Shown: positions 1-10,054, counted from the stretch's first letter. The stretch: 64,000 nucleotides of DNA from an uncultured delta proteobacterium (GCA_963836955.1 CAWILO010000004.1:152916-216915), one strand, 5' to 3'. Numbers and translations are program-made. Notes: generated by a model from the sequence alone, not told the origin.

Positions 1-758
1 ATGAACCCGTCGCTGGTCGGGAACGCGCCCCACACTCCGCGTAGAAACTGATGCCCGCGGCCGGCGCGCTCGGGCTCGACGCCGGTGATAGACGTGTAAT
101 TGATCTCCATCCCCTGCATCGCGATCATCGTGCCGTAGATCGACGCGTCGACTTTCTGCCCCTTGCCGGTGCGCTCGCGCGCGAACAGCGCCGCCAGCAC
201 TCCACTGGCCAGGCTGAGCGCTCCCGAATGATCGGCGATGAACATCCCTGCGGCCAGCGGCGGATCGGCCGGCATGCCCGTCTTTGCCATCACGCCGCTT
301 GCCGCTTGCGCCAGAGTGTCGCGGCTGGGACGCGTCACCCACGGCCCCTTCGGCCCCCACGAACTGCCCTGCGCGTACACGATCCGCGGATTTATTTTGC
401 GCACCTCGTCGTAGCCAAGTCCGAGCCGGTCCAGCACGCCGGGCCGATAATTGGTGACGAGCACGTCGTACGATTTCACCATCCGGCGCACCATTTCGAT
501 CGCGTCGGGCTTCTTCAAATCGGCAGTGATGCTCCGTTTACCGCGATTCATCGCAATAAAGTAATGCGACACCGTCGCGTTCTTGACGTCCGGCCCGCCA
601 ATCAGCGCGGTCAACATCCAGCGGCTCAAGTCGCCGGTCTCCTTGTTCTCGACCTTGACGACGTCGGCTCCCATGTCGGCCAAAATCAGCGACGCGAATG
701 GCCCCTGGATTTCCTGCGCGATCTCGACGACCTTGATTCCTTCGAGCGGCTTGCTCAT
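1..758 (-). CDS. CoA-transferase family III (CaiB/BaiF-like), C-terminal end runs off window
   Basis: Minus-strand translation from ATG at 758-756 reads MSKPLEGIKVVEIAQEIQGPFASLILADMGADVVKVE..., a typical family III CoA-transferase N-terminus. The listed + ORF 51..773 is its antisense shadow. Confidence 0.8.
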   Translation of the reverse strand, partial: MSKPLEGIKVVEIAQEIQGPFASLILADMGADVVKVENKETGDLSRWMLTALIGGPDVKNATVSHYFIAMNRGKRSITADLKKPDAIEMVRRMVKSYDVLVTNYRPGVLDRLGLGYDEVRKINPRIVYAQGSSWGPKGPWVTRPSRDTLAQAASGVMAKTGMPADPPLAAGMFIADHSGALSLASGVLAALFARERTGKGQKVDASIYGTMIAMQGMEINYTSITGVEPERAGRGHQFLRGVWGAFPTSDGF

Positions 759-895
759 CGTGGTTTCCCCTAAACGGTCGTTCAGGAACTCGGATGCGCG
801 GGCATTATCCCGCCGTTCGCCGCAAAATCTCAAGCGTCGATGCCCGCGCGTTTCGCCATTGGCCGGCGTCCGCGACGCTTGTACGCTCATCGGCG

Positions 896-1684
896 ATGGA
901 ACCGAGCATCTACAAATACCCCGACGTCTTTCGTCGCGCGCACATGGAGCGCCCCGGCGAAATTGCGGCCGAGGTGGTGTTTCTGCAACAGGTCTGGAAG
1001 CGCCATCGCAAGAGTCCGACGCGCCGCATCCTCGACATCGCATGCGGCGACTCGCCTCACGGCCGTTTGTTGGTGGGCAACGACAATGGATTCGAGGTCG
1101 TGGGAATCGATCGTTCGCGCACAATGATCGCGGCGGGCCGCCGCAAGACGGGCGGACTCGCGAATCTTCGCTTCTACCGGCGGCCCATCGAAAAGTTCAC
1201 ACTCCCCGAGCCGAGCTTCGACGCCGCAATCTTCATGTCGGAAACATTTCCGGTGATCGTCGAGAACGCCGAACTGCTCTCGCATCTCAAATCTGTCGGG
1301 CGCGCGCTCAAGCGCGGCGGCTTGTACTGCGTCGATATCGACCGTCAGGATCCGATTCCTCGCGTGGCGAATCGAACGATTTGGCGGGAGCGCGAGGCGC
1401 GCGCGGCCGGCGTCGCGCTCGACATCCGCGAGTTCCATCGTCCGGTCGCATGGCACTCGCCGCTGCATTCGATCTACGAACTCGAATGCACTATCAATTT
1501 CCCCGACGGCGCAGTCACGACTCGCGATTTGATCCCAGTGCGCTACACGATTCCCTCGACCTTGGAACTTGCGGCGCTCGCGTCAGGGATGTTCAAAATG
1601 GTCGCCGCCTACAGCGACCTCTCGTTCACCAAGCCGCTCGACAAATGCCGCTACCGCTGGACCGGAGTGCTGCGCCGCGTGTGA
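896..1684 (+). CDS. class I SAM-dependent methyltransferase
   Basis: ORF 794..1684 contains the motif I-like LDIACGDSPHG. An internal Met (MEPSIYKYP...) is the more plausible start. Start is uncertain. Confidence 0.6.
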   Translation: MEPSIYKYPDVFRRAHMERPGEIAAEVVFLQQVWKRHRKSPTRRILDIACGDSPHGRLLVGNDNGFEVVGIDRSRTMIAAGRRKTGGLANLRFYRRPIEKFTLPEPSFDAAIFMSETFPVIVENAELLSHLKSVGRALKRGGLYCVDIDRQDPIPRVANRTIWREREARAAGVALDIREFHRPVAWHSPLHSIYELECTINFPDGAVTTRDLIPVRYTIPSTLELAALASGMFKMVAAYSDLSFTKPLDKCRYRWTGVLRRV

Positions 1685-1686
1685 GT

Positions 1687-2316
1687 TCAGGAATTCAGGT
1701 GATCGATCAGATCGAGCGCTTCGGCGTGCCAGCCGCCATCGAAGCGCAGAATCTGGATTGATCCCAGCTCGACGATCGGCTCCTCATGCGTGAGCTTTCG
1801 CACGATGGCGCGAATCACGCCGCGATGCGCAACCAGAACCGCGTCGTCGTCGCTCGGCGTCCACAGCGCAAGCGTGCGTTCCAGGCCGCGCTCGACGCGA
1901 TCGGCGAAGGCGGCGCGGCTCTCACCCGCCGGATAGGTGTAGCTCGGCGCGAGTCGATCGGCGTTCCATCGCGCGAACTCGTCGGGATAGCGCTCGCGAA
2001 TCTCATCCGCGGTGAGGCCTTCGAACAATCCGAAATGAACTTCGGCGAATTCGTCTATCGTGACGAGCGGCGCTGAGTCGCCCGCGACAATTCGCGCGCC
2101 TTCGGACGCACGAACGAGCGGACTCGAAAAAGCTCGCGCGAAACTCTTGTCTCCGCGGTGCGTCTCGATCGCGCCGCGCGCCAGGCGCATCTGCGAGCGT
2201 CCCGAATCCGACAGCGCCACGTCGGTTCGGCCATGATACCGGATGCTCGACTCGCCCTCGGTCTCGCCATGCCGAACCAGGAACAATCGCGACCCGTTGC
2301 GTTGCGGCGCGGTCAT
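1687..2316 (-). CDS. histidine phosphatase family protein (phosphoglycerate mutase-like, CobC-like)
   Basis: N-terminal LVRHGETE (RHG catalytic motif). 209 aa. Start abuts the stop of the upstream DUF1015 gene. Confidence 0.75.
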   Translation of the reverse strand: MTAPQRNGSRLFLVRHGETEGESSIRYHGRTDVALSDSGRSQMRLARGAIETHRGDKSFARAFSSPLVRASEGARIVAGDSAPLVTIDEFAEVHFGLFEGLTADEIRERYPDEFARWNADRLAPSYTYPAGESRAAFADRVERGLERTLALWTPSDDDAVLVAHRGVIRAIVRKLTHEEPIVELGSIQILRFDGGWHAEALDLIDHLNS

Positions 2317-3609
2317 CTAATCGTCGAACAGCGGATTCATGACGAGGCCGGTCAGCAGCTTGGGATGAAAGTAAGTCGATTTCTCGGGCATTGTCGCGCC
2401 CGCGTCGCTCACGCGCTCGACATCCTGAATCGACGGCGGATTCATCAGGAAGGCACCATCGGCGCGTCCCTGCGCAACGGCGCCGAGCGCACCGCCGATC
2501 TCGATCGTGTATTCGATATTTCCGCCTTTGCGAATTTCATCTGCGCTCAACCCGAAAATTCGATCGAATACCAGCGCGTGCAGAACCGACACGTCCAGCC
2601 GCCGAACCTCTGACGGCGCGTCGGGCATCGCAGTCTTCATTGCAGTACGGCTGCGCAGCTTCAATATCAGATAGTTGGGACTTCCCTTGAGCGTCACGCC
2701 GATTGCGCCAGTGCCCGAGCTGTTCAGGCGCGCGCGAAATTCGTCGCGATGCGAGATTTCCTCGACGTTGAACACCTCGCGCGCGCGATCCGTGAACGTC
2801 GCGATCGCGCTCGCGGGCAGCGACTTCACCACCCGATGTGTCGGCAATATCACCAGTCCCGGATCGTCGCACGCCACCAGCGTCATCATCGTGTAGTCGT
2901 AGGGCTCTGGCTCGCTCGACGCGTTTTCGTGGCGGCGCGCTCGTCGATAGTTGAGCGCGGTTTCGTAGCGATGATGTCCGTCGGCAATCAGGATGCGCGG
3001 CGATTCCAGCTCGCGCCGAACGATCGCGATTTCGTCGGCAGCCTCGATTGTCCGCAGTTCGTTGCGGATTCCGAGATCATCAACGAGATCGATCAACGGC
3101 TCGCGCGCAGCGACCTTCTCGCGCAATCGCTCGAGCTCAGGATGCGCACCCGAGTACAGCCCGAAGATCGAGCTCGTATTCACCTGCAGCGCGGTAAGCA
3201 GGCGCAGGCGGTCCTCCTTCGCGGCGGGAAAAGTTTTCTCGTGCGGCACGATGCGGCCGCGATCGAATTCCTCGAGCCGGACTCGCGCGATAAATCCCGT
3301 GCGATGCAGCAGGCGTCCTTCGACGTCGAAGGTTTGCGTGTACTGAAAAATCGCAGGACGTTCCGACCGCTCGACGACGCCCGCCGCGAGCCATTCCGCG
3401 AGCGTTTTTTCCGCCGCGCTGTAGCGATCCGACTCGCGCGCGAGCTCGAGCCTCACGACGTTGTATGGACTCCGCTCGTACAATTGATTCTGACGCGCGG
3501 CCCCGATCAAATCGTAAGGGGGCGCTACCACTTGCGACGGTTCGCCGGCAATTTTGCGGCTGTACATCAGCGCGCGAAATGGCTCGATCCGTTTAGTGAG
3601 CCCGCTCAT
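2317..3609 (-). CDS. DUF1015 domain protein (conserved hypothetical)
   Basis: 430-aa ORF with the MSGLTKRIEPFRAL... start expected for DUF1015. The ORF track's N-terminal extension is rejected. ATGA overlap with tsaC stop. Confidence 0.65.
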   Translation of the reverse strand: MSGLTKRIEPFRALMYSRKIAGEPSQVVAPPYDLIGAARQNQLYERSPYNVVRLELARESDRYSAAEKTLAEWLAAGVVERSERPAIFQYTQTFDVEGRLLHRTGFIARVRLEEFDRGRIVPHEKTFPAAKEDRLRLLTALQVNTSSIFGLYSGAHPELERLREKVAAREPLIDLVDDLGIRNELRTIEAADEIAIVRRELESPRILIADGHHRYETALNYRRARRHENASSEPEPYDYTMMTLVACDDPGLVILPTHRVVKSLPASAIATFTDRAREVFNVEEISHRDEFRARLNSSGTGAIGVTLKGSPNYLILKLRSRTAMKTAMPDAPSEVRRLDVSVLHALVFDRIFGLSADEIRKGGNIEYTIEIGGALGAVAQGRADGAFLMNPPSIQDVERVSDAGATMPEKSTYFHPKLLTGLVMNPLFDD

Positions 3610-4211
3610 TTCAATGCGTCTCCCGCCAGCGCCGCCGCGATCTGATCTTCTGAAATCGCTCCCAGTCTCACTATTTTCCACCCGCTTCCGCCGACTGCGA
3701 CGACCGTGCTCGGCGCCGATGCGGCCAATTTTCCACCTTCAAGGTAAACTTTAACTTTTTCGCCCAGCGCCGCGCGCGCCTGTTCAACCGTACTTGCTGG
3801 CGCCGCTCCGCTCAGGTTCGCGCTGGTCGCGGTGATCGGTCTGCCGATTCCCGCGCTGAGCGCGCGTGCGACGGGATTCGGCGACACCCGAACGCCGACA
3901 CCGTCGGGTCCAGCCAACTCGGGTGCGATGTCGTCGCGCGCCGGCAAAACGATCGTCAGCGGTCCGGGCCAGAACGCGTCGGCGAGACGACGAGCGTCGA
4001 TCGGTATTTCGCGCGCGACCGAAAACGCCATCGCGGCGTCCGCCGCGATCAAGCCGACCGGTCGCTCCGGCTCTCGCTTCTTCACTCGAAACAGGCGCCG
4101 GAGTGCCACAGCTGAAAACGCGTCGGCGCCGATCGCATAGAACGTCTCCGTCGGATAAACGACCAACTCGCCGGCTTTCAGCGCCGATATTCCGTCTTCG
4201 AGGCGAAACAT
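3606..4211 (-). CDS. tsaC: L-threonylcarbamoyladenylate synthase (YrdC/TsaC domain)
   Basis: 201 aa. LVVYPTETFYAIGADA and GPLTIVLP motifs are typical of YrdC/Sua5. Confidence 0.8.
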   Translation of the reverse strand: MFRLEDGISALKAGELVVYPTETFYAIGADAFSAVALRRLFRVKKREPERPVGLIAADAAMAFSVAREIPIDARRLADAFWPGPLTIVLPARDDIAPELAGPDGVGVRVSPNPVARALSAGIGRPITATSANLSGAAPASTVEQARAALGEKVKVYLEGGKLAASAPSTVVAVGGSGWKIVRLGAISEDQIAAALAGDALK

Positions 4212-4224
4212 TGCGACTCCCGCG

Positions 4225-5532
4225 CTATCCGAGTGCGCGCCGTGCGATGTCGCGCCGGAACTGACGACCTTCGAACTCGATCATCTCCGCCGCTTGATAA
4301 GCCGCATCGACCGCCGTAGCGAGCTCCGGCGCCATCGATGTCACAGTCAGCACGCGGCCGCCGTCGGTCACCAGCTGTCCGTCGCGCATCGCGGTGCCCG
4401 CATGAAAAACTTTCACGCGAATCTTGCCCATCGCCCATTTGATCTTGATGTCCGACGGGACGTTGCCTTCGAGCCGGTCCAGCCCGCGGATCGCAATTCC
4501 TTTTTTGTACTCGCCGGGATAGCCACCCGACGCAAGCACGACCGCGACCGCGCTGCGCGCCGAGAGCCTGACGGCAGCATCCGCAACCTTGCCTTCGGCG
4601 GCGGCGAGCAGGTTCTCGGCGAGGTCGCTGTCGAGGCGCATCATCAGCGCCTCGCATTCAGGATCACCGAAGCGGACGTTGAACTCGAGCACGTTGATTC
4701 GTTCGCCGTCGATCATCAATCCCACGAACAGCAGCCCGCGAAACGGAATCCCACGCGCGTTCATCGCCGCCAGCGTAGGAGCGACCACCTCGCGCATCAC
4801 TCGCGCTTCGAGCTCGGGCCCGAATTGCGGCACCGGCGAATACGCGCCCATCCCGCCGGTGTTGGGGCCGCGATCGCCGTCGAAGATCGCCTTGTGATCC
4901 TGGAAGGTGCCGAGCGGGATCGCGTTTTCGCCGTCGCACAGCGCGAAGAATGAGACTTCCCAGCCGGTCAGGAATTCCTCGACGATCACGCGATTGCCTG
5001 CCGCTCCAAAGCGCTTGCGTTCCATCGCGTCCGCGACTGTTTCCAGAGCCGTCTTCGCGTCGTGGCAGATCACGACGCCTTTTCCAAGCGCGAGTCCGTC
5101 CGCCTTAACGACCATCGATCCCTTGCGCGATTTCACGTAGCGCATCGCGGAGGCCGCGTCGTCGAATGCCTCGAAGTCGGCGGTTGGCACGCCGCCCTCG
5201 CGCATGATTGCCTTCGCGAACGACTTGCTGGTTTCGAGTTGGGCAGCGGCCGCGGTAGGCCCGAAGATTTTCAGCCCGGCGCGTGTGAAATGATCGACGA
5301 TTCCGGTGGCAAGTATGTCCTCGGGACCGACGATCGTGAGATCGACGGACTTTGATTTCGCGAACTCAGCCAGCGCCGCGGTATCGGTTGGCGCGATCGG
5401 TACGGGCTCCGCGATCTGATCGATTCCCGGGTTTCCGCTCGCGCAGAAAATCTTCCACACGGTCTCGCTCTGATGGAGCCGCCAGACCAGCGCGTGCTCG
5501 CGGCCGCCCGTGCCTATGACAAGTACTTTCAT
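4225..5532 (-). CDS. purD: phosphoribosylamine--glycine ligase
   Basis: 435 aa. MKVLVIGTGGREHAL start and ATP-grasp core. Lies next to purH. Confidence 0.95.
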   Translation of the reverse strand: MKVLVIGTGGREHALVWRLHQSETVWKIFCASGNPGIDQIAEPVPIAPTDTAALAEFAKSKSVDLTIVGPEDILATGIVDHFTRAGLKIFGPTAAAAQLETSKSFAKAIMREGGVPTADFEAFDDAASAMRYVKSRKGSMVVKADGLALGKGVVICHDAKTALETVADAMERKRFGAAGNRVIVEEFLTGWEVSFFALCDGENAIPLGTFQDHKAIFDGDRGPNTGGMGAYSPVPQFGPELEARVMREVVAPTLAAMNARGIPFRGLLFVGLMIDGERINVLEFNVRFGDPECEALMMRLDSDLAENLLAAAEGKVADAAVRLSARSAVAVVLASGGYPGEYKKGIAIRGLDRLEGNVPSDIKIKWAMGKIRVKVFHAGTAMRDGQLVTDGGRVLTVTSMAPELATAVDAAYQAAEMIEFEGRQFRRDIARRALG

Positions 5533-5544
5533 CGGGCGACGCGC

Positions 5545-7119
5545 CTAATGCCTGAAATGGCGCACCCCCGTGAAGACCATCGCGAGCCCATACTTGTCGG
5601 CGGCGGCGATCACTTCGTCGTCGCGCACGGCGCCGCCGGGTTGCGCGATTGCTGTCGAGCCCGCCTCGGCCGCAAGCGTAGGACCGTCGGGAAATGGAAA
5701 CAACGCTTCGGACACGAGCACCGAACCCTCGAGCGAAACCTTGAGCCGGGCCGCTTTCTCGCGCGCTGCGTATACAGGATCGATCCGCGACGTCGCGCCG
5801 CCACCAACAGCGAGCGTGCGATCTTCGGCGACGAATGCGATCGCGTTGGACTTGATATGCTTGCAGACTTTGATCCCAAAGGTCATCGCGCGCAGTTCGG
5901 CGTCGGTGGGCTGCCGCTGAGTCACGACTTTTCCTTTGCGCGGATCTTCGATTGCCAGGTCGGGTGTCTGCACCAGTAATCCGCCGAGCACTTTCTTGAC
6001 GTCGAGTTCGTTGCGATCCACCGCCTTGGAATTGAAAGTCATCACGCGCCGATTTTTCTTCTTGCGCAGGAACGCAATCACGTCGTCCGGATACGCGGGA
6101 CCGATCAGCACCTCGGTGAATAGTTCATCGACCGCGCGCGCGAACGCCATATCCCACGGCCGGTTCGCGATTATGATACCGCCGAATGGCGAGTCGGGAT
6201 CGGTTGCGAACGCCTTGTCCCACGCGCCCTTGAGCGTATCCGCGACGCCTACGCCGCACGGCGTGTTGTGCTTCAGGATCGCCACCACCGCGCGGCGTTC
6301 GTCCTCGAACTCGAGCATCAGGTTCATCGCGGAGCTGATATCGACGACGTTGTTGAACGACAGCTCCTTGCCGTGAAGCTGATGCGCGATCTCGAGGAAG
6401 CGGCCGTACAGCGCGCCGGTCTGATGCGGATTTTCGCCGTAGCGCAGCGTCTGTTCTCGTCCGAGCGCAAGATTGAAGGTCTCACCGAGCGCGGATTCGT
6501 CGCCGTCTCCGGCGTGCGTGCCGAGGTAGTTCGAGATTGCCGCGTCATACGCAGTCACGCGTGCGAACGCCTTGCGCGCGAGACGCCATCGTGTGTCGGT
6601 GGTTAGAGCGCCCTGGTTTGCGTCGAGTTCCGCCGCGATCGCGTCGTAGTCCGCTGCGTCAACGACGACTGCGACGTCGCCATGATTTTTCGCCGCCGCG
6701 CGCACCATCGTGGGTCCGCCGATGTCGATATTTTCGATCGCTTCGTCGAGACTCACTCCTGACTTCGCAACGGTCTTTTCAAATGGATAAAAGTTCACGA
6801 CCACCAGGTCGATCGGCTCGATTCCATGCTCCTGCATCTGGCGCTGATGACTCGCGTCGCCGCGCCTGGCAAGGATTCCGCCGTGAATCTTTGGATGCAG
6901 CGTCTTCACGCGTCCGTCGAGCATCTCGGGCGAGCCGGTGAAGCTCTCGACCGACCTGACCTTGACGCCGGCCGCTTCCAGAGCCGCCATGGTGCCACCG
7001 GTCGACACGATCTCGACTCCGTGCCGTGCGAGCGCCTTGGCAAAATCCGCGACCCCCGCCTTGTCCGCGACGCCGATCAGCGCGCGCCTGATCGCGATCC
7101 TGTCGTTGCTCATCGCCAT
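5545..7119 (-). CDS. purH: bifunctional AICAR transformylase / IMP cyclohydrolase
   Basis: 524 aa. N-terminal MGS-like domain (ALISVSDK-like VADKAG) and AICARFT domain. Stop of alr abuts its start. Confidence 0.95.
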   Translation of the reverse strand: MAMSNDRIAIRRALIGVADKAGVADFAKALARHGVEIVSTGGTMAALEAAGVKVRSVESFTGSPEMLDGRVKTLHPKIHGGILARRGDASHQRQMQEHGIEPIDLVVVNFYPFEKTVAKSGVSLDEAIENIDIGGPTMVRAAAKNHGDVAVVVDAADYDAIAAELDANQGALTTDTRWRLARKAFARVTAYDAAISNYLGTHAGDGDESALGETFNLALGREQTLRYGENPHQTGALYGRFLEIAHQLHGKELSFNNVVDISSAMNLMLEFEDERRAVVAILKHNTPCGVGVADTLKGAWDKAFATDPDSPFGGIIIANRPWDMAFARAVDELFTEVLIGPAYPDDVIAFLRKKKNRRVMTFNSKAVDRNELDVKKVLGGLLVQTPDLAIEDPRKGKVVTQRQPTDAELRAMTFGIKVCKHIKSNAIAFVAEDRTLAVGGGATSRIDPVYAAREKAARLKVSLEGSVLVSEALFPFPDGPTLAAEAGSTAIAQPGGAVRDDEVIAAADKYGLAMVFTGVRHFRH

Positions 7120-8265
7120 CTAGCTCCGAACCACTCGCGGCACTCGTTTGCCGACCGTGCAAAGCATCTCGTACGAAATTGTCTGCGCCAGCCGCGCGAC
7201 GTCGTTCACGCTGATCACCTCGCCGCCCGATTCACCCCACAAGGTTACCTCATCGCCGACCGATGCGCTCGCTACGTCGCTAAGGTCGATCGTCGTCAAG
7301 TCCATCGAGACAGCGCCGACCACCGGTGCACGCATGCCGCGCACGATCACTTCGCCGCCGTGTTGCAGCCCTCGCCGATAACCGTCGGCGTAGCCAACCG
7401 GCAGCACGCCAATCAGGCTTTCGCGCGGCGCCACGAACGTATGCCCATATCCAACGCCGCTTCCGGCCGGTGCGCGCTTGATTTGCATCAGCCGGGTCTT
7501 AAACGTCATCACCGGACACAGCTCGACACGCTCGCGCACGGCGGCCACCGGAGGGAGGCCGTAGATCGCAAGCCCCGGCCGCGCGAGGTTGAAGTGCGAA
7601 TCATACCGCAGTACGAGCGCGGCAGAATTTGCGACGTGAATGACCGAGGGCCGCATGCCGGCCGCCTTCATCGTCTCGATCGCATTGTTGAAAACACGGA
7701 GCTGCGTGTCGGTGATCGGGCTCTTCGGATCGCCCGCGTTCGCGAGCAGCGTGCAAACGCCCTCCAGCCGGACCGCCGATGCGTGACGGACCGCCTCGAT
7801 GACGTCGGGAATATCGGCAGGCATCACGCCAAGCCGCGTCGCGCCGCTGTCGATCTTGATGTGAATCGGAAAATCGGTGCGGTGCGCCGATGCGGCCGCG
7901 CGATCGAGCAATCCGATCATCGCGGCCTCGAACACGAACGGAGTCAAGTCGAGCGCGACGATCTCAGCTGCCTGCTCGGCGAAGAAACCGGCCTGCAAGT
8001 ATATTCGCGTACGAACGCCCGCTTCGCGCAGCTCGCGCGCCTCGTCGAGCGTGGCGACCCCGAAATGACGGCATCCTTCGTCGATCAACGTGCGCGCAAC
8101 CGTTACTGCGCCATGCCCATAGGCGTCGGCCTTGACCACCACCATCAGCTCGCCGTGCGACGCCACGGCCCGCAGCGCGCGGAAGTTCGAGCGCAGCGCG
8201 CCAAGATCGATCTCGGCGACAGTAGGGCGTTGCGTTTCAATTCCCATCGAAGGCTGAATTTCCAT
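7120..8265 (-). CDS. alr: alanine racemase
   Basis: PLP-site region VVKADAYGHG and C-terminal racemase domain. Start is chosen at MEIQPS; the alternative MGIETQ start lies 18 nt downstream. The ORF track's longer N-terminal extension is unlikely. Confidence 0.85.
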   Translation of the reverse strand: MEIQPSMGIETQRPTVAEIDLGALRSNFRALRAVASHGELMVVVKADAYGHGAVTVARTLIDEGCRHFGVATLDEARELREAGVRTRIYLQAGFFAEQAAEIVALDLTPFVFEAAMIGLLDRAAASAHRTDFPIHIKIDSGATRLGVMPADIPDVIEAVRHASAVRLEGVCTLLANAGDPKSPITDTQLRVFNNAIETMKAAGMRPSVIHVANSAALVLRYDSHFNLARPGLAIYGLPPVAAVRERVELCPVMTFKTRLMQIKRAPAGSGVGYGHTFVAPRESLIGVLPVGYADGYRRGLQHGGEVIVRGMRAPVVGAVSMDLTTIDLSDVASASVGDEVTLWGESGGEVISVNDVARLAQTISYEMLCTVGKRVPRVVRS

Positions 8266-8364
8266 CTTAGCGCGCGAGGACGCAAGCCGCAGGCTTTTCT
8301 CCCTGTGGATGAGCCGGCCCAGGCCACTCCCCTCAACTTTGCTAGAATGCAATTATCGTCCCAC

Positions 8365-9351
8365 ATGAACACTGCGATCGTGACGGGCGCCAACGCCGGT
8401 TTGGGCTTCGAGTGTGCCCGGGCGCTCGCGGACACTAACGACTGGCACGTGGTCATTGCCTGTCGGAGTCCGGAAAAAGGGCGCGAGGCGGTCAAGCGGC
8501 TCTTCGCGCAAACCTGGTACAAAGGCATCGAAGCGATGACGCTCGATCTCGCCTCGCTCGAGTCGGTGCGAAACTTCGCGCGCGACTACGCCGCCGAACG
8601 CCGGCCTCCCCTGCGAGCCATCGTATGCAATGCGGCGACGCAAATCGTGACCGGCAGAACCTACACGGCGGACGGCTTCGAAACCACTTTCGCAGTCAAC
8701 CATCTGGCGCATTTCCTGTTGGTCAACCTGATGCTCGCGCAGATGACGCCGCCCGCGCGCATCGTCGTCGTGAGCAGCGGTACCCACGATCCGAAACAGA
8801 CGACGGGGATGCCCCCGCCGGTGTACAAATCGGCGAGATTGCTCGCGCTGCCTGACGAAGATCCCCAACCGCTCGATGACCCGCGCGGGACCGCGGGCCG
8901 GCGCGCATACACGACCTCGAAGCTGTGCAACGTCTTGTTCACCTACGAACTCGACCGCAGGTTGCGCGCCGAAAGGAGCGTTGGTACGAGCGGACAGTCG
9001 ATTACCGTCAATGCATTCGATCCCGGCCTGATGCCGGGGACCGGGCTTGCGCGCGACTACGGCAGGCTCGCGAGATTTGCATGGCGCTTCGTGTTGCCGA
9101 TCCTTCGTCCGTTCGTGCCCAACGTGAACAGCGTCGCGCGTTCAGGCAGATCGCTCGCGAACATGGTGATCGAACCGAGATTCGAGCGCATCTCGGGGAA
9201 ATATTTCCAGGGCACGCGCGACATACCGTCGTCAAAGGATTCGTACGATCCCGTCATGGCGTCGGGCTTATGGGAGGCGAGCGCCGCGATGGTCAAGCTG
9301 ACGCCGTCGGAGACGATTCTGAAGCTCAGATCAGCTCCCTCGGCAGCATAA
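8365..9351 (+). CDS. SDR family oxidoreductase, light-dependent protochlorophyllide reductase (LPOR)-like
   Basis: MNTAIVTGANAGLG Rossmann motif. WHVVIACR, LRAIVCNAA, VNHLAHFLLVNLML and YTTSKLCNVLFTYELDRR blocks match LPOR-type SDRs, including an LPOR-length insertion loop. This is the real part of the chimeric + ORF 6826..9351. Confidence 0.75.
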   Translation: MNTAIVTGANAGLGFECARALADTNDWHVVIACRSPEKGREAVKRLFAQTWYKGIEAMTLDLASLESVRNFARDYAAERRPPLRAIVCNAATQIVTGRTYTADGFETTFAVNHLAHFLLVNLMLAQMTPPARIVVVSSGTHDPKQTTGMPPPVYKSARLLALPDEDPQPLDDPRGTAGRRAYTTSKLCNVLFTYELDRRLRAERSVGTSGQSITVNAFDPGLMPGTGLARDYGRLARFAWRFVLPILRPFVPNVNSVARSGRSLANMVIEPRFERISGKYFQGTRDIPSSKDSYDPVMASGLWEASAAMVKLTPSETILKLRSAPSAA

Positions 9352-9571
9352 TTGGTATCGCGGAATACATATCTAATAGTATTTCTCAGTTGATTATACT
9401 TAACTCGCATTGACATTAGTAAATTACTAGCTCAAACTATAGAAAGTCAGTATCGATATAAGAGTCGAGTCCCGACTTGATCCAGCCCGACAGTGGCCCT
9501 TCCGCTCGCCTTTGACCACGTTCTGCTAGACCAACGCCCTTAGTACGATCGCAAGGCTTGAGGAAGCCCGC

Positions 9572-10054
9572 ATGGCACCACCTCGCCAGACTTTTCGCAC
9601 CAATCGCGATCGCATCACGACAAATGCAAGCGATGATTCCAGGTTTGCGGGCGTCGACTGGATGCGAATGATCAATCGAACGCCGGATCTGTCCGCCGGT
9701 GCGGATAAATTGAGCCTTCTCGTCGGATTGACCGCGGGCCTCGCGTATTCCACCTTTGCGAGCTTTGTCGCCAACGCGCTCACTCCCGTCAGCGGCTACC
9801 TCCTCGAAACTGCACCGTTCAGCCGTGCGGTATCCGGCCGCTACCAGGAAGTCTTCAGTCTCGACGGCGCCATCCCGACCGTGGTCGGGTCGCTGATCGT
9901 CTTCGTCCTCGTTTGGTGGATGATGCGAGTGATACTCGACAGTTGGCAGCGCGAAGATTGGGGGCGCATCGGTGCATTGGACCGCAGCTTATCAGACGGA
10001 CCGTTGCTCGTACCTGTGATAGGAGAGCCGATTGCCTCGGTATTGAATAAATAA
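9572..10054 (+). CDS. hypothetical membrane protein
   Basis: 160-aa ORF with two hydrophobic segments. It follows a 130-bp AT-rich segment. No recognisable family. Confidence 0.35.
   Translation: MAPPRQTFRTNRDRITTNASDDSRFAGVDWMRMINRTPDLSAGADKLSLLVGLTAGLAYSTFASFVANALTPVSGYLLETAPFSRAVSGRYQEVFSLDGAIPTVVGSLIVFVLVWWMMRVILDSWQREDWGRIGALDRSLSDGPLLVPVIGEPIASVLNK

Noticed and set aside
51-773. 240-aa + strand ORF
   Set aside because: Antisense shadow of the minus-strand CoA-transferase III gene, whose translation is a clear family match. The high GC keeps the opposite strand open.
583-1761. 392-aa + ORF and many other 60-220 aa Arg/Pro/Ala-rich ORFs throughout (e.g. 24700..25362 -, 50177..50656 -, 50329..51102 -)
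   Set aside because: Alternative-frame or antisense ORFs typical of 65% GC DNA. They overlap genes with strong family signatures and have no motifs of their own.
6826-9351. 841-aa + strand ORF
   Set aside because: Only the last 329 codons (from ATG 8365) are a real SDR gene. The upstream part is stop-free antisense of purH/alr in a GC-rich region.
9400-9440. TTGACA...TATAGA promoter-like pair in the AT-rich segment
   Set aside because: Spacer is 22 nt, too long for a sigma70 promoter. Treated as coincidental in AT-rich DNA.
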